Assembly (NCBI RefSeq): GCF_902652985.1
Contig: NC_047030.1
Coordinates: forward strand, 34,534,001-34,598,000
DNA: 64,000 nucleotides
Reading direction: 5' to 3'
Source: Pecten maximus
Taxonomy: Eukaryota
Program-made: the position numbers and the translations under genes
The notes under the pieces: model-generated
What the model was told of the DNA's origin: nothing
Seen by the model: only the letters and a program-made list of their open reading frames with translations
The model's database searches: none
In this document: positions 24,746 through 37,010 of the stretch, piece after piece
Position numbering within the stretch: the first letter of the stretch is position 1
How the letters are laid out: every line of letters begins with the position of its first letter

Positions 24746-24845
24746 NNNNNNNNNNNNNNNNNNNNNNNNNNNNNNNNNNNNNNNNNNNNNNNNNNNNNNN
24801 NNNNNNNNNNNNNNNNNNNNNNNNNNNNNNNNNNNNNNNNNNNNN
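24746..24845. other. Assembly gap (100 N, true size unknown)
   Basis: Run of exactly 100 n. Confidence 0.99.
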
Positions 24846-25205
24846 ATAAATAAAGTGAGAAACAAAGAAAGTGTTGATGACAGTTACGTTGTGATTGAGG
24901 AAACTAGTGTCGCAGAGGAGGAGGAAGCAGTTGCTATTCAACATACCTTGTATAAATGTGAACTTTGTGAAAAAGTCTTCAATCTACTTGAGGAACTCAA
25001 CGAACATGTGCAAACGGATCACTCCAAGTCCATGGTGGCCGATATAAACATCGAAGTAATTCCTGACGAAGAAGGCAATGGCATTGACAACAGCACCGTC
25101 ATTACACTTGAACATGAACAGGCAGCGCAGCTGTTTAATCACCTACAGTTACAAATGGGGGAAGGACAAGAGCTGGTCAATGTAATCATTCCTATAACTA
25201 AGTGA
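24846..25205 (+). CDS. C-terminal part of a C2H2 zinc-finger protein (5' part lost in the gap)
   Basis: Frame open from the gap edge; YKCELCEKVFNLLEELNEHVQTDH finger; acidic tail; TGA. Confidence 0.8.
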   Translation: MNKVRNKESVDDSYVVIEETSVAEEEEAVAIQHTLYKCELCEKVFNLLEELNEHVQTDHSKSMVADINIEVIPDEEGNGIDNSTVITLEHEQAAQLFNHLQLQMGEGQELVNVIIPITK

Positions 25206-26254
25206 TATATCATAATTATCCACAATTAATTCCCTGCCAGCAAACAAGCTTAAAGGCTACCCTTCACCTTAAAAAATCAGCTAAAAGTAGTTCACAAATT
25301 AAATAAGCCTTCCTCATACTTAAACAACATTTACAGTAGGGGAGGGGCCGGACATATTTGGTGATCAATACAGTTTTTTTTTGTTCCTGGGAATACACCA
25401 TTATTTTTTTGGATAAAAACATTTCTTGATATATGATTAAAAAGAACAGTAAGTTTCAATATATACATGTACATCCTAAATCGATCTGGCGATCTTTATA
25501 TAAGCCCATGCCTGGCTATAATAAGTCCACCGAATTAAAGATCTATTGCCTGAGATTTTATTAATGTCCTCTACTTCGAGGAAAAGGGTCCAATGGTAAA
25601 TTAAAGTAAAAAATATAGTTGTTGATTTAACATTGAACCAGACAACAACATGACATATGTGAATATATAAAGATAGATGATATTGAATTGATGATCACAA
25701 GTTACTGCTCAAAGTGAAATTTTACCTTTGCAAGTGTTTTTTTTTTCCATCTTTGAACACAATTTGGGAACCTTCGTAAATCAATGTATAATGTTTGTAC
25801 ATGTAATTAAAATCATTTGATTAACTTCAAGTTTGATACAAGACTATTCAGAAATAACTCTAGGCCAGAAACAACTATGTACATCAACTATGTACATTTG
25901 TATATAATTAGCTAGCTAGGTACAATGTAGAATATACTCCTTGTTGGAAAAAAATGGAACTCTAATCATTTTCCTACTTGATACTAGTCTTGTATTGTGG
26001 TACAGTTTAAAAATAACTTGTCAAGGCAAATCAGGTCTTGGTACCTGAGGTGATTGATATCCCCTGGATAAATTGTATGCATGTAATATAATAATTTTGA
26101 ATTGTAGTCGTGAGTTGTAAATTCTGGTTCAAAAGTTTTGTTTGTTTGTGCTGTGTGTATGTATATACCTTTGTTTACACACAAGTTGAAGTTGAATGAG
26201 AAAAGTATTTGTTAAAATTTTTAGTGTTACTGGGTATTCTTACATGTATTAATT

Positions 26255-27715
26255 TAAGGATATGTACATCCTTAATTCATTACAGGATATGTACAGCCTT
26301 AATTCATTACAGGATATGTACAGCCTTAATTACAGGATATGTACAGCCTTAATTACAGGATATGTACATCCTTAATTCATTACAGGATATGTACATCCTT
26401 AATTCATTACAGGATATGTACAGCCTTAATTACAGGATACGTACAGCCTTAATTACAGGATATGTACAGCCTTAATTCATTACAGGATATGTACAGCCTT
26501 AATTACAGGATATGTACAGCCTTAATTACAGGATATGTACAGCCTTAATTCATTACAGGATATGTACAGCCTTAATTACAGGATATGTACAGCCTTAATT
26601 CGTTACAGGATATGTACAGCCTTAATTACAGGATATGTACAGCCTTAATTACAGGATATGTACGGCCTTAATTACAGGATATGTACAGCCTTAATTACAG
26701 GATATGTACAGCCTTAATTACAGGATATGTACAGCCTTAATTCATTACAGGATATGTACAGCCTTAATTACAGGATATGTACAGCCTTAATTACAGGGTA
26801 TGTACAGCCTTAATTACAGGATATGTACAGCCTTATTTACAGGATATGTACAGCCTTAATTCATTACAGGATATGTACAGCCTTAATTAATTACAGGATA
26901 TGTACATCCTTAATTACAGGATATGTACATCCTTAATTACAGGATATGTACATCCTTAATTCATTACAGGATATGTACAGTCTTAATTACAGGATATGTA
27001 CATCCTTAATTACAGGATATGTACAGCCTTAATTACAGGATATGTACAGCCTTAATTCGTTACAGGATATGTACAGCCTTAATTCGTTACAGGATATGTA
27101 CAGCCTTAATTACAGGATATGTACAGCCTTAATTACAGGATATGTACATCCTTAATTCATTACAGGATATGTACATCCTTAATTACAGGATATGTACATC
27201 CTTAATTACAGGATATGTACATCCTTAATTCATTACAGGATATGTACAGCCTTAATTACAGGATATGTACAGCCTTAATTCATTACAGGATACGTACAGC
27301 CTTAATTCATTACAGGATATGTACATCCTTAATTCATTACAGGATATGTACAGCCTTAGTTACAGGATATGTACATCCTTAATTCATTACAGGATATGTA
27401 CAGCCTTTATTACAGGATATGTACAGCCTTAATTCATTACAGGATACGTACAGCCTTAATTCATTACAGGATATGTACATCCTTAATTCATTACAGGATA
27501 TGTACAGCCTTAATTACAGGATATGTACAGCCTTAATTACAGGATATGTACAGCCTTAATTCATTACAGGATATGTACAGCCTTAATTCATTACAGGATA
27601 TGTACAACCTTAATTCATTACAGGATATGTACAGTCTTAATTCATTACAGGATATGTACATCCTTAATTCATTACAGGATATGTACAGCCTTAATTACAG
27701 GATATGTACAGCCTT
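26255..27715. repeat. 22/26-bp minisatellite
   Basis: GGATATGTACAGCCTTAATT(CATT)ACA, ~60 units. Confidence 0.97.
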
Positions 27716-29024
27716 GACATATTGTTCAGAACCCTACTTACATTGTTCATCCAAGGTATTGACTTAACTGAGCTAGCTACATTGAGATGTACCTCTTGGT
27801 GATTTTTAGTTGGCCAGTGTTGTTTAATAAGTAATGTGTATATATATGTTAAATTTTTGAAGTTAGCCTCACTGTTTATCTTGCCAATAAAGCCCCAAAG
27901 TACGATAGAAATAATACAGTGAACTTAAATATTATAACAGTACACAATTTCTCAGACTACTATTGTAAAGTGTGTTCGATCATTAATTCGTTATTGTAAA
28001 GAATACAAAATCTGTCTTAGATTGTTTTATCCTGAAAAGGTCATGATTCCAATAATTCAGGAGGAAATTCAGTAAGTAGTTTATAAGTTATTATTATCAT
28101 ATATGATACGATATACATGTATATGATTTGATAACTTAATATAGATTACTTAGTTTCCAAAAAAAGTTCCTGTGGAGTTTGGATTTTTTTTTCATGACCA
28201 GCTACAGGTCACTGATGGGAAGCGTTGACAATTACAGGTGGGAAGTGTAAGATAGTGACATATTTCAAATATAACGCCTGGCCACAAATAAGTTTCCTTC
28301 ATTTTTGCAGAAGTATCAATTTTCAGCTAAAAAAGGATTTCCCCCCATATTTTAGGTATAAATATAAACCCAACACCGCCTATACGAATACTCCGGTTAT
28401 TTGCATATTTTGTCATGGAAAAAGGGCTATGCAAATAAGTGGGTTGCTCTATCTGTATACCACCAAGTCTGACATGGTCAATGGTATAATTACTAAAATG
28501 TTTTATATAATTAGGTAAATGAAAAGAAGTTTTTAACATTGTTTAAATTTTAATTTGAAAGTTGGTTTATATAGAATTATGTTCAAGCATAGTTCTGAGT
28601 GATTGTTGAAGCTTTTGTTTTGGAAATATGATTATTCTTGTACAGTATACATGTATGTTTTCACAGATCTTGGGTTTAATTATTTACACAGATTTGTGCT
28701 TCAAGTTTAAATCATAGATAATTAACCTTATGCATCATTACATGTTTCCTGTAAAATTCTCATTGAGAAATAATATTTTGTGATTTGACCTCATGACCAT
28801 GTAGTCCACAGGGATTTGACACGTTGTTATGACCCAGAATGAAATATTAATCCCAGAGTCCAACCCCCTGATCACTTATACATGTATATCATATGTGATC
28901 AGGGAGTCAGGTTATAGTCCACAGGGGCCTGACATGATCCTATGACCCAGAATGAAATATTTTATCTCTGAGTTTCGAACCACTGATCTAGATCTCTTAT
29001 AATATATACAGGTAATTATATACA

Positions 29025-29265
29025 TAGGGTCTAGTAAGTAATAACGACGGTATATAAACCAATATAGGTACTGGATCCTAACAAACAAATGTTGAATGCG
29101 TATTACTAGAAATAGATAATTGTCAAGTAGTAATAACGACAGTACAGACAAGTAAATTGTCAAATTTTCGAGGCAATCTGCCCCTTTATCAAGACACAGG
29201 TAAATTACATGCGATCACATATAGACATAGAACATGGAACAGTTACACAAATATAGTAGGTATAA
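29025..29265 (-). mobile_element. Second, inverted copy of the 15825-16070 repeat
   Basis: Reverse-complement identity, e.g. TAGGTACTGGATCCTAACAAACAAATGTTG. Confidence 0.7.
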
Positions 29266-30294
29266 ACAACAATAAATATCGTAATGTTGTAAAAACGATC
29301 CCCCTCGGTCGATAATTAATACGCCGAGGGCCTATTATGATATGTAAGTGATCAGATGTTCAGACTCCACATGTATTGGATAGAATATTTCATGGTAGGT
29401 CATTGGAATGTATCAAACCCCTGTGATGTAATTAAGTATCAGCTCTGGGATGTAAGGTTTATGATGTTGTCAAGGAGAAATGAATACATGTAGTTGTGTT
29501 AAGATTTTCTGAAGAGGTCATAAAGGGAACAAGGCATATGTATACATGAACATTGATGATACCATATATGGTATTGTCCATTGATTATACCATATATGGT
29601 ATTGTCGGATGTCAGTAAATGTAGATATTTATTAACCCTCCGGTTATTATGCTAACCTTCACATTGCATCTGTTAATATCATAGTTTTGTGGTTATAAAT
29701 ACATATACACCTCAGCTAAAGACATTAATTGTAAAGCCACTTAATGAATGCCAGGCCTTTATTTGAAATAAAACAAAATTCCCTACAAAGCTGTCTTTGT
29801 CTTCACAGTTTTATCTCGTTTGATCTCGTGGTACATAATTATATAATGACAGTGAGTTTGGCATATGGTGCAGGAGTGGTCGTCCATCATTGGTCGTCTG
29901 TCAGTCGTTAAGTAACTTCTTCTTGAAAACTGTCTACAGCTGGGTACATATATTTTCCCAAGAGGTACATGGGGAAGAGAACATCAAAGTTTTCCTCATA
30001 TGAATGACCTTGACATGAATGCACAAAGTCACAGGAGCCGAATACATTGTACATGTATGTGAGAAATTAAACTTAAAAAAAATCTAATCTATGAAGTTCA
30101 GATGACCCAGAGAACTGATGTGTACCTGGGACAGAGTAATATAAAATTTCCTCATAAATTCAGCCTCGGCTTATTTTCAAGATCACGGTGGACAAATAGG
30201 TACAAAAACCTTTAAAGCTTTTCAAGCTTCATAAGACCTGATATTTGTGTTGTTAATACATGTCCATCAAATTTGACGATAATCCATTCATCTG

Positions 30295-30686
30295 CAATCT
30301 AATTAAAATCTAGATGGTCATTCTCACTACGTTACATGAACATCTAACAACATCCCATAAGGGGTCACGTCGGGGTGACCTTTTGGATTAGCCAATCAAA
30401 TGACTACTTCCAGAATCTTGGAAGTGAATTTTAGATGTCCCAATTAGCATGACCAGAGTGCATAGTTTGCACAATCTGTCAATCAAGTCATTTCGCCTGA
30501 CAAAGCATATAGCTATATACATGCTTTGACGAAATGTTTTGCTTCGATGACATCGACAAATTGACATTTCACCCTGAAAGTGAAATGCAAACATCTCAGA
30601 GGTCATCAGAACGTGACCCCTTATGGGATGTTGTTAGATGTTTATGTAACGTATTGAGAATGACCATCTAGATTTTAATTAGATTG
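30295..30686. mobile_element. Second copy (opposite orientation) of the 12126-12553 MITE family
   Basis: Same TIRs, reverse-complement interior; no TSD, flanks inverted instead. Confidence 0.92.
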
Positions 30687-30742
30687 CAGATGAATGGATG
30701 ATCGTCAAATTTGATGGACATGTATTAACAACTTTAATTTTA

Positions 30743-33700
30743 ATGTCCACAGGGACGTCCATAGTGTCCACAGGGACGTCCATAATGTCCACAGGGACGT
30801 CCACAGTGTCCACAGGGACATCCATAGTGATCATAGGGACATCCATAGTGTCCACAGTGACATCCATATTGTCCACAGGGACGTCCATAGTGTCCACAGG
30901 GACATCCACACTGTCCACAGGGAAATCAATAGTGTCCACAGCGACATCCATAGTGTCCACAGGGACATCAATAGAGTCCACAGGGAACGTCCACGGTCCA
31001 CAGGGACAATCATAGATGTCCACAGGGACATCAATAGTGTCCACGAGCCGTCCATAGTGTCCACAGGGCAATCAGATAGTGTCCACAGGGACATCCACAC
31101 TGTCCACAGGGAAATCAATAGTGTCCACAGCGACATCCATAGTGTCCACAGGGACATCAATAGAGTCCACAGGGACGTCCACAGTGTCCACAGGGACATC
31201 AATAGTGTCCACAGGGACATCAATAGTGTCCACAGCGACGTCCATAGTGTCCACAGCGGCATCCATAGTGTCCACAGGGACATCAATAGTGTCCACAGGG
31301 ACATCCATAGTGTCCACAGGGACATCAATAGTGTCCACAGGGACATCCAAATTGTCCACAGGGACGTCCACAGTGTCCACAGGAACGTCCATAGTGTCCA
31401 CAGGGACGTCCACAGTGTCCACAGGAACGTCCATATTGTCCACAGGGACATCCATAGTGTCCACAGGGACATCAATAGTGTCCACAGGGACATCGACAGT
31501 GTCCACAGGGACATCCATAGTGTCCACAGGGACATCCACAGTGTCCACAGGGACATCCATAGTGTCCACAGGGACATCCACAGTGTCCACAGGGACATCC
31601 ATAGTGTCCACAGGGACGTCCATAGTGTCCATAGGGATCTCCATGGTGTCCACAGGGACGTCCATAGTGTCCACAGGGACACCCATAGTCTCCACAGGGA
31701 CGTCCATAGTGTCCACAGGGAAGTCCATAGTGTCCACAGGGACGTCCATAGTGTCCACAGGGAAGTCTATAGTGTCCACAAGGGACGTCCATAGTGTCCA
31801 TAATGTCCACAGGGACATCCATGGTGTCCACAGGGAAATCCATAGTGTTCACAGGGACATCGACAGTGTCCACAGGGACGTCCATAGTGTCCAAAGGGAC
31901 GTCCATAGTGTCCACAGGGACATCCATATTGTCCACAGGGACGTCCATAGTGTCCAAAGGGACATACATAATGTCGATAGGGACGTTCATAGTGTCTTCA
32001 GGGACATCCATAGTGTCCACATGGACATCCATAGTGTCCACAGGGACGTCCATAGTGTCCACAGGGACGTCTATAGAGTCCACAGGGACATCTATAGTTA
32101 TCATAGGGACGTCAATAGTGTCCACAGGGACATCCATAGTGTCGATAGGGACGTCCATAGTGTCCACAGGGACATCCATATTGTCCACAGGGACATTCAT
32201 ATTGTCCACAGGGACATCCATAGTGTCCACAGGGACATCCATAGTGTCCACAGGGACGTCCATAGTGTCCACAGGGACGTCCATAGTGTCCACAGGGACG
32301 TCCATAGTGTCCACAGGGACATCCATATTGTCCACAGGGATATCCACAGTGTCCACAGGGACATCCATAATGTACGACTAGGGTCACGTTCCATAGTGTC
32401 TCACGGGACATTCATATTGTCCACAGGGACATCCATAGTTGTCCACAGGGACATCCAATGTGTCCACAGGACGGTTCCATAGATGTCCACAGGGACATTC
32501 TATAGTTCTCATCAGGGACGTCAATATTGTCCACAGGGACCCCTCCATATTGTCCGACTAGGGACATCCGATAGTGTCCACAGGACATCCATAGGGTCCA
32601 CAGGGACGTACCATTAGTGTCCACAGGACATCCATAGTGTCCCACAGGGCCATCCATAGTGTCCACAGGACATCCATAGTGTTCCGACAGGGACGTCCAT
32701 CAGATTGTCCACAGGGACATCCACATTGTCCACAGGACATCCATAGTGTCCACAGGGACGTCCATAGTGTCCACAGGGACATCCATAGTGTCCACAGGGA
32801 CATCCATATTGTCCACAGGGACATCCATAGTGTCCACAGGGACATTCATATTGTCCACAGGGACATCCATAGTGTCCACAGGGACATCCATAGTGTCCAC
32901 AGGGTCATCCATATTGTCCACAGGGACATCCATAGTGTCCACAGGGACATCCATATTGTCCACAGGGACATTCATATTGTCCACAGGGACATCCATAGTG
33001 TACACAGGGACATCCATAGTGTCCACAGGGAAGTCCATAGTGTCCACAGGGACGTCCATAGTGTCCACAGGGAAGTCTATAGTGTCCACAAGGGACGTCC
33101 ATAGTGTCCATAATGTCCACAGGGACATCCATGGTGTCCACAGGGACATCAATAGAGTCCACAGGGACGTCCACAGTGTCCACAGGGACATCAATAGTGT
33201 CCACAGGGACATCAATAGTGTCCACAGCGACGTCCATAGTGTCCACAGCGGCATCCATAGTGTCCACAGGGACATCAATAGTGTCCACAGGGACATCCAC
33301 AGTGTCCACAGGGACATCAATAGTGTCCACAGGGACATCAATAGTGTCCACAGGGACGTCCATAGTGTCCACAGGGACGTCCATAGTGTCCACAGGGACA
33401 TACACAGTGTCCACAGGGACGTCCATAGTGTCCACAGGGACATCCATAGTATCCACAGGGACATCTATAGAGTCCACAGGGACGTCCACAGTGTCCACAG
33501 GGACGTCCATATTGTCCACAGGGACGTCCATAGTGTCCACAGGGGCATCCACAGTGTCCACAGCGACATCAATAGTGTCCACAGGGACGTCCATAGTGTC
33601 CACAGGGACATCCATAGTGTCCACAGGGACATCTATAGAGTCCACAGGGACGTCCACAGTGTCCACAGGGACGTCCATAGTGTCCACAGCGACATCCACA

Positions 33701-33885
33701 GTGTCCACAGGGACGTCCATAGTGTCCACAGGGACGTCCATAGTGTCCACAGTGACATCCACAGTGTCCACAGGGACGTCCATAGGGATCTCCATGGTGT
33801 CCACAGGGACATCCACAGTGTCCACAGGGACGTCCATAGTGTCCACAGGGACATCCATAGTGTCCACAGGGACATCCATAGTGTC
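30743..33885. repeat. 21-bp minisatellite, ~150 units
   Basis: GTCCACAGGGACATCCATAGT; source of the VHRDIHS / STGTSIV / VDTMDVP pseudo-ORFs. Confidence 0.98.
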
Positions 33886-34052
33886 AAACTTCAGCTGGTC
33901 TTCATGGTTCTGTTTGCATTATCGATTTGTTTTCTATACTTCGTCAAATTTATCTTTTTAGGTTGTGTCAGTCGTAACAATTCAATCTATGTCCAAAATC
34001 AATACTGCGGTTAGATTTTAACAAATAATACAATACATTTGCTTCATCGATG

Positions 34053-37010
34053 ACACCGCCATATACAGCTAGGACACCCGCCATATACAGCTACGACACC
34101 CGCCATATACAGCCAGGACACCCGCCATATACAGCCAGGACACCCGCCATATACAGCCAGGACACCCGCCATATACATCTAGGACACCCGCCATATACAG
34201 CTAGGACACCCGCCATATACAGCTAGGACACCCTCCATATACAGTTAGAACACCCGTCATATACAGCTAGGACATCCACCATAAACAGCTAGGACATCCG
34301 CCATATACAGTTAGGACACCCACCATATACAGATAGGACACCCGCCATATACAGATAGGACATCCGCCATATACAGCGAGGACACCCGCCATATACATCT
34401 AGGACACCCGCCATACACAGCTAGGACACCCGCCATATACAGCTAGGACACCCGTCATATAAAGCTAGGACATCCGCCATATACAGTAAGGACATCCGCC
34501 ATATACAGCTAGGACACCCGCCATATACAGTAAGGACATCCGCCATGTACATCTAGGACACTCGCCATATACAATTAGGACATCCGGCATATACAGTTAG
34601 GACACTGCCATATACAGCTAGGACACCCGCCATATACAGCTAGGACACCCGCCATATACGGATAGGACATCCGCCATATACAGATAGGACATCCGCCATA
34701 TACAGCTAGGACACCCGCCATATACAGTTAGGACACTGCCATATACAGTTAGGACATGGCCATACACAGCTAGGACACCCGCCATATACAGTTAGGACAT
34801 GGCCATACACAGCTAGGACACCCGCCATATACAGCTACGACATCAGCCATATACAGCTAGGACACCTGCCATATACAGTTAGGACACTGCCATATACAGT
34901 TAGGACACTGCCATATACAGCTAGGACACCCGCCATATACAGCTAGGACACCCGCCATATACAGATAGGACACCCGCCATATACCGCTACACGGTGTAGG
35001 AAACCCGCCATATACAGTTAGGACATCCGCCATATACAGCTAGGACATCCGCCATATACAGTTTGGACACCCGCCATATACAGATAGGACACCCGCCATA
35101 TACAGCTAGGACATCCGCCATATACAGCGAGGACACCCGCCATATACATCTAGGACACCCGCCATATACAGCCAGGACATCCGCCATATACAGCTAGGAC
35201 ACCTGCCATACACATCTAGGACACCCGCCAAATACAGCTAGGACACCCGTCATATACAGCTAGGACATCCGCCATATACAGTAAGGACATCCGCCATATA
35301 CAACTAGGACACCCGCCATATACAGTTAGGACACTCGTCATATACAACTAGGACACCCGTCATATACAGCTAGGACACCCGCCATATACAGCTAGGACAC
35401 CTGCCATATGCAGCTAGGACATACGCCATATACAGCTAGGACACCCACCATATACAGCTAGGACACTGCCGTATACAGCTAGGACACCCGTCATATACAG
35501 CTAGGACATCCGCTATATACAGATAGGACATCCGTCATATACAGCTAGGACACATCCATATACAGCTAGGACACCCGTCATATACAGCTAGGACATCCGC
35601 CATATACAGCTAGGACACCCGCCATATACAGCTAGGACACCCGTTATATACAGCTAGGACACCCGCCATATACAGCTATGACATCCGCTATATACCGCTA
35701 GGACAGCCGCCATATACAGCTAGGACAGCGCCATATACAGCTAGCTAGGACACCCGCCATATACAGATAGGACACCTGCCATATACAGCTAGGACACCCG
35801 CCATACACAGCTAGGACACCCGTCATATACAACTAGGACATCCGCTATATACCGCTAGGACAGCCGCCATATACAGCTAGGACAGCGCCATATACAGCTA
35901 GCTAGGACACCCGCCATATACAGATAGGACACCTGCCATATACAGATAGGACACCTGCCATATACAGCTAGGACACCCGCCATACACAGCTAGGACACCC
36001 GTCATATACAACTAGGACACAGCAATATACAGCTACGACACCCGCCATATACAGCTAGGACACCCGCCATATACAGCTACGACATTCGCCATATACAGCT
36101 AGGACACCCGCCATATACAGCTATGACATCCGTCATATACAGCTAGGACACTGCCGTATACAGCCAGGACACCCGCCATATACAGCCAGGACACCCGCCA
36201 TATACAGCTAGGACACCATTCATATACAGCTAGGACACCCGCCATATACAGCCAGGACACACGTCCTATACAGCTAGGACTTCCGCCATATACAGCTAGG
36301 ACACAGCCATATACAGCTAGGACATCAACCATATACAGCTTGGACACCCGCCATATACATCTAGGACACCCGCCATATACAGCTAGGACGCCCGTCATAT
36401 ACAGCTAGGACACCCGCCATATATAGCTAGGACACCTGCCATATACAGCTAGGACACCCGTCATATATAACTAGGACTCCCGCCATATACAGCTAGGACA
36501 CTGCCGTATATAGCTAGGATACCAGTCATATACAACTAGAACACCAGTCATATACAGCTAGGATACCAGTCATATACAGCTAGGACACCGCCATATACAG
36601 CTAGAACACCCGCCATATACAGCTAGGACATCCGCTATATACCGCTAGGACAGCGCCATATACAGCTAGCTAGGACACCCGCCATATACAGATAGGACAC
36701 CTGCCATATACAGCTAGGACACCCGCCATATACAGCTAGGACACCTGCCATATACAGCTAGGCCACCCGCCATATACAGCTAGGACACCCGCCATATACA
36801 GCTAGGACACCCGTCATATACAGCTAGGACACCTGCCATATACAGCTAGGACTCCCGCCATATACAGCTAGGACACTGCCGTATATAGCCAGGATACCAG
36901 TCATATACAACTAGAACACCAGTCATATACAACTAGGATACCAGTCATATACAGCTAGGACATCAACCATTTACAACTATATATATATACAGCTAGGACA
37001 CCCGCCATAT
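34053..37010. repeat. 22-bp minisatellite, ~135 units
   Basis: CAGCTAGGACACCCGCCATATA. Confidence 0.98.

Noticed and set aside
30679-34014. Long His-, Ser/Thr- or Asp-rich ORFs (up to 467 aa) on both strands
   Set aside because: Artefact of a 21-bp unit that is stop-poor in most frames; frameshifts throughout, no signal peptide or splice context
26255-37010. CRISPR-like arrays
   Set aside because: Head-to-tail repeats with no unique spacers and no cas genes; eukaryotic context
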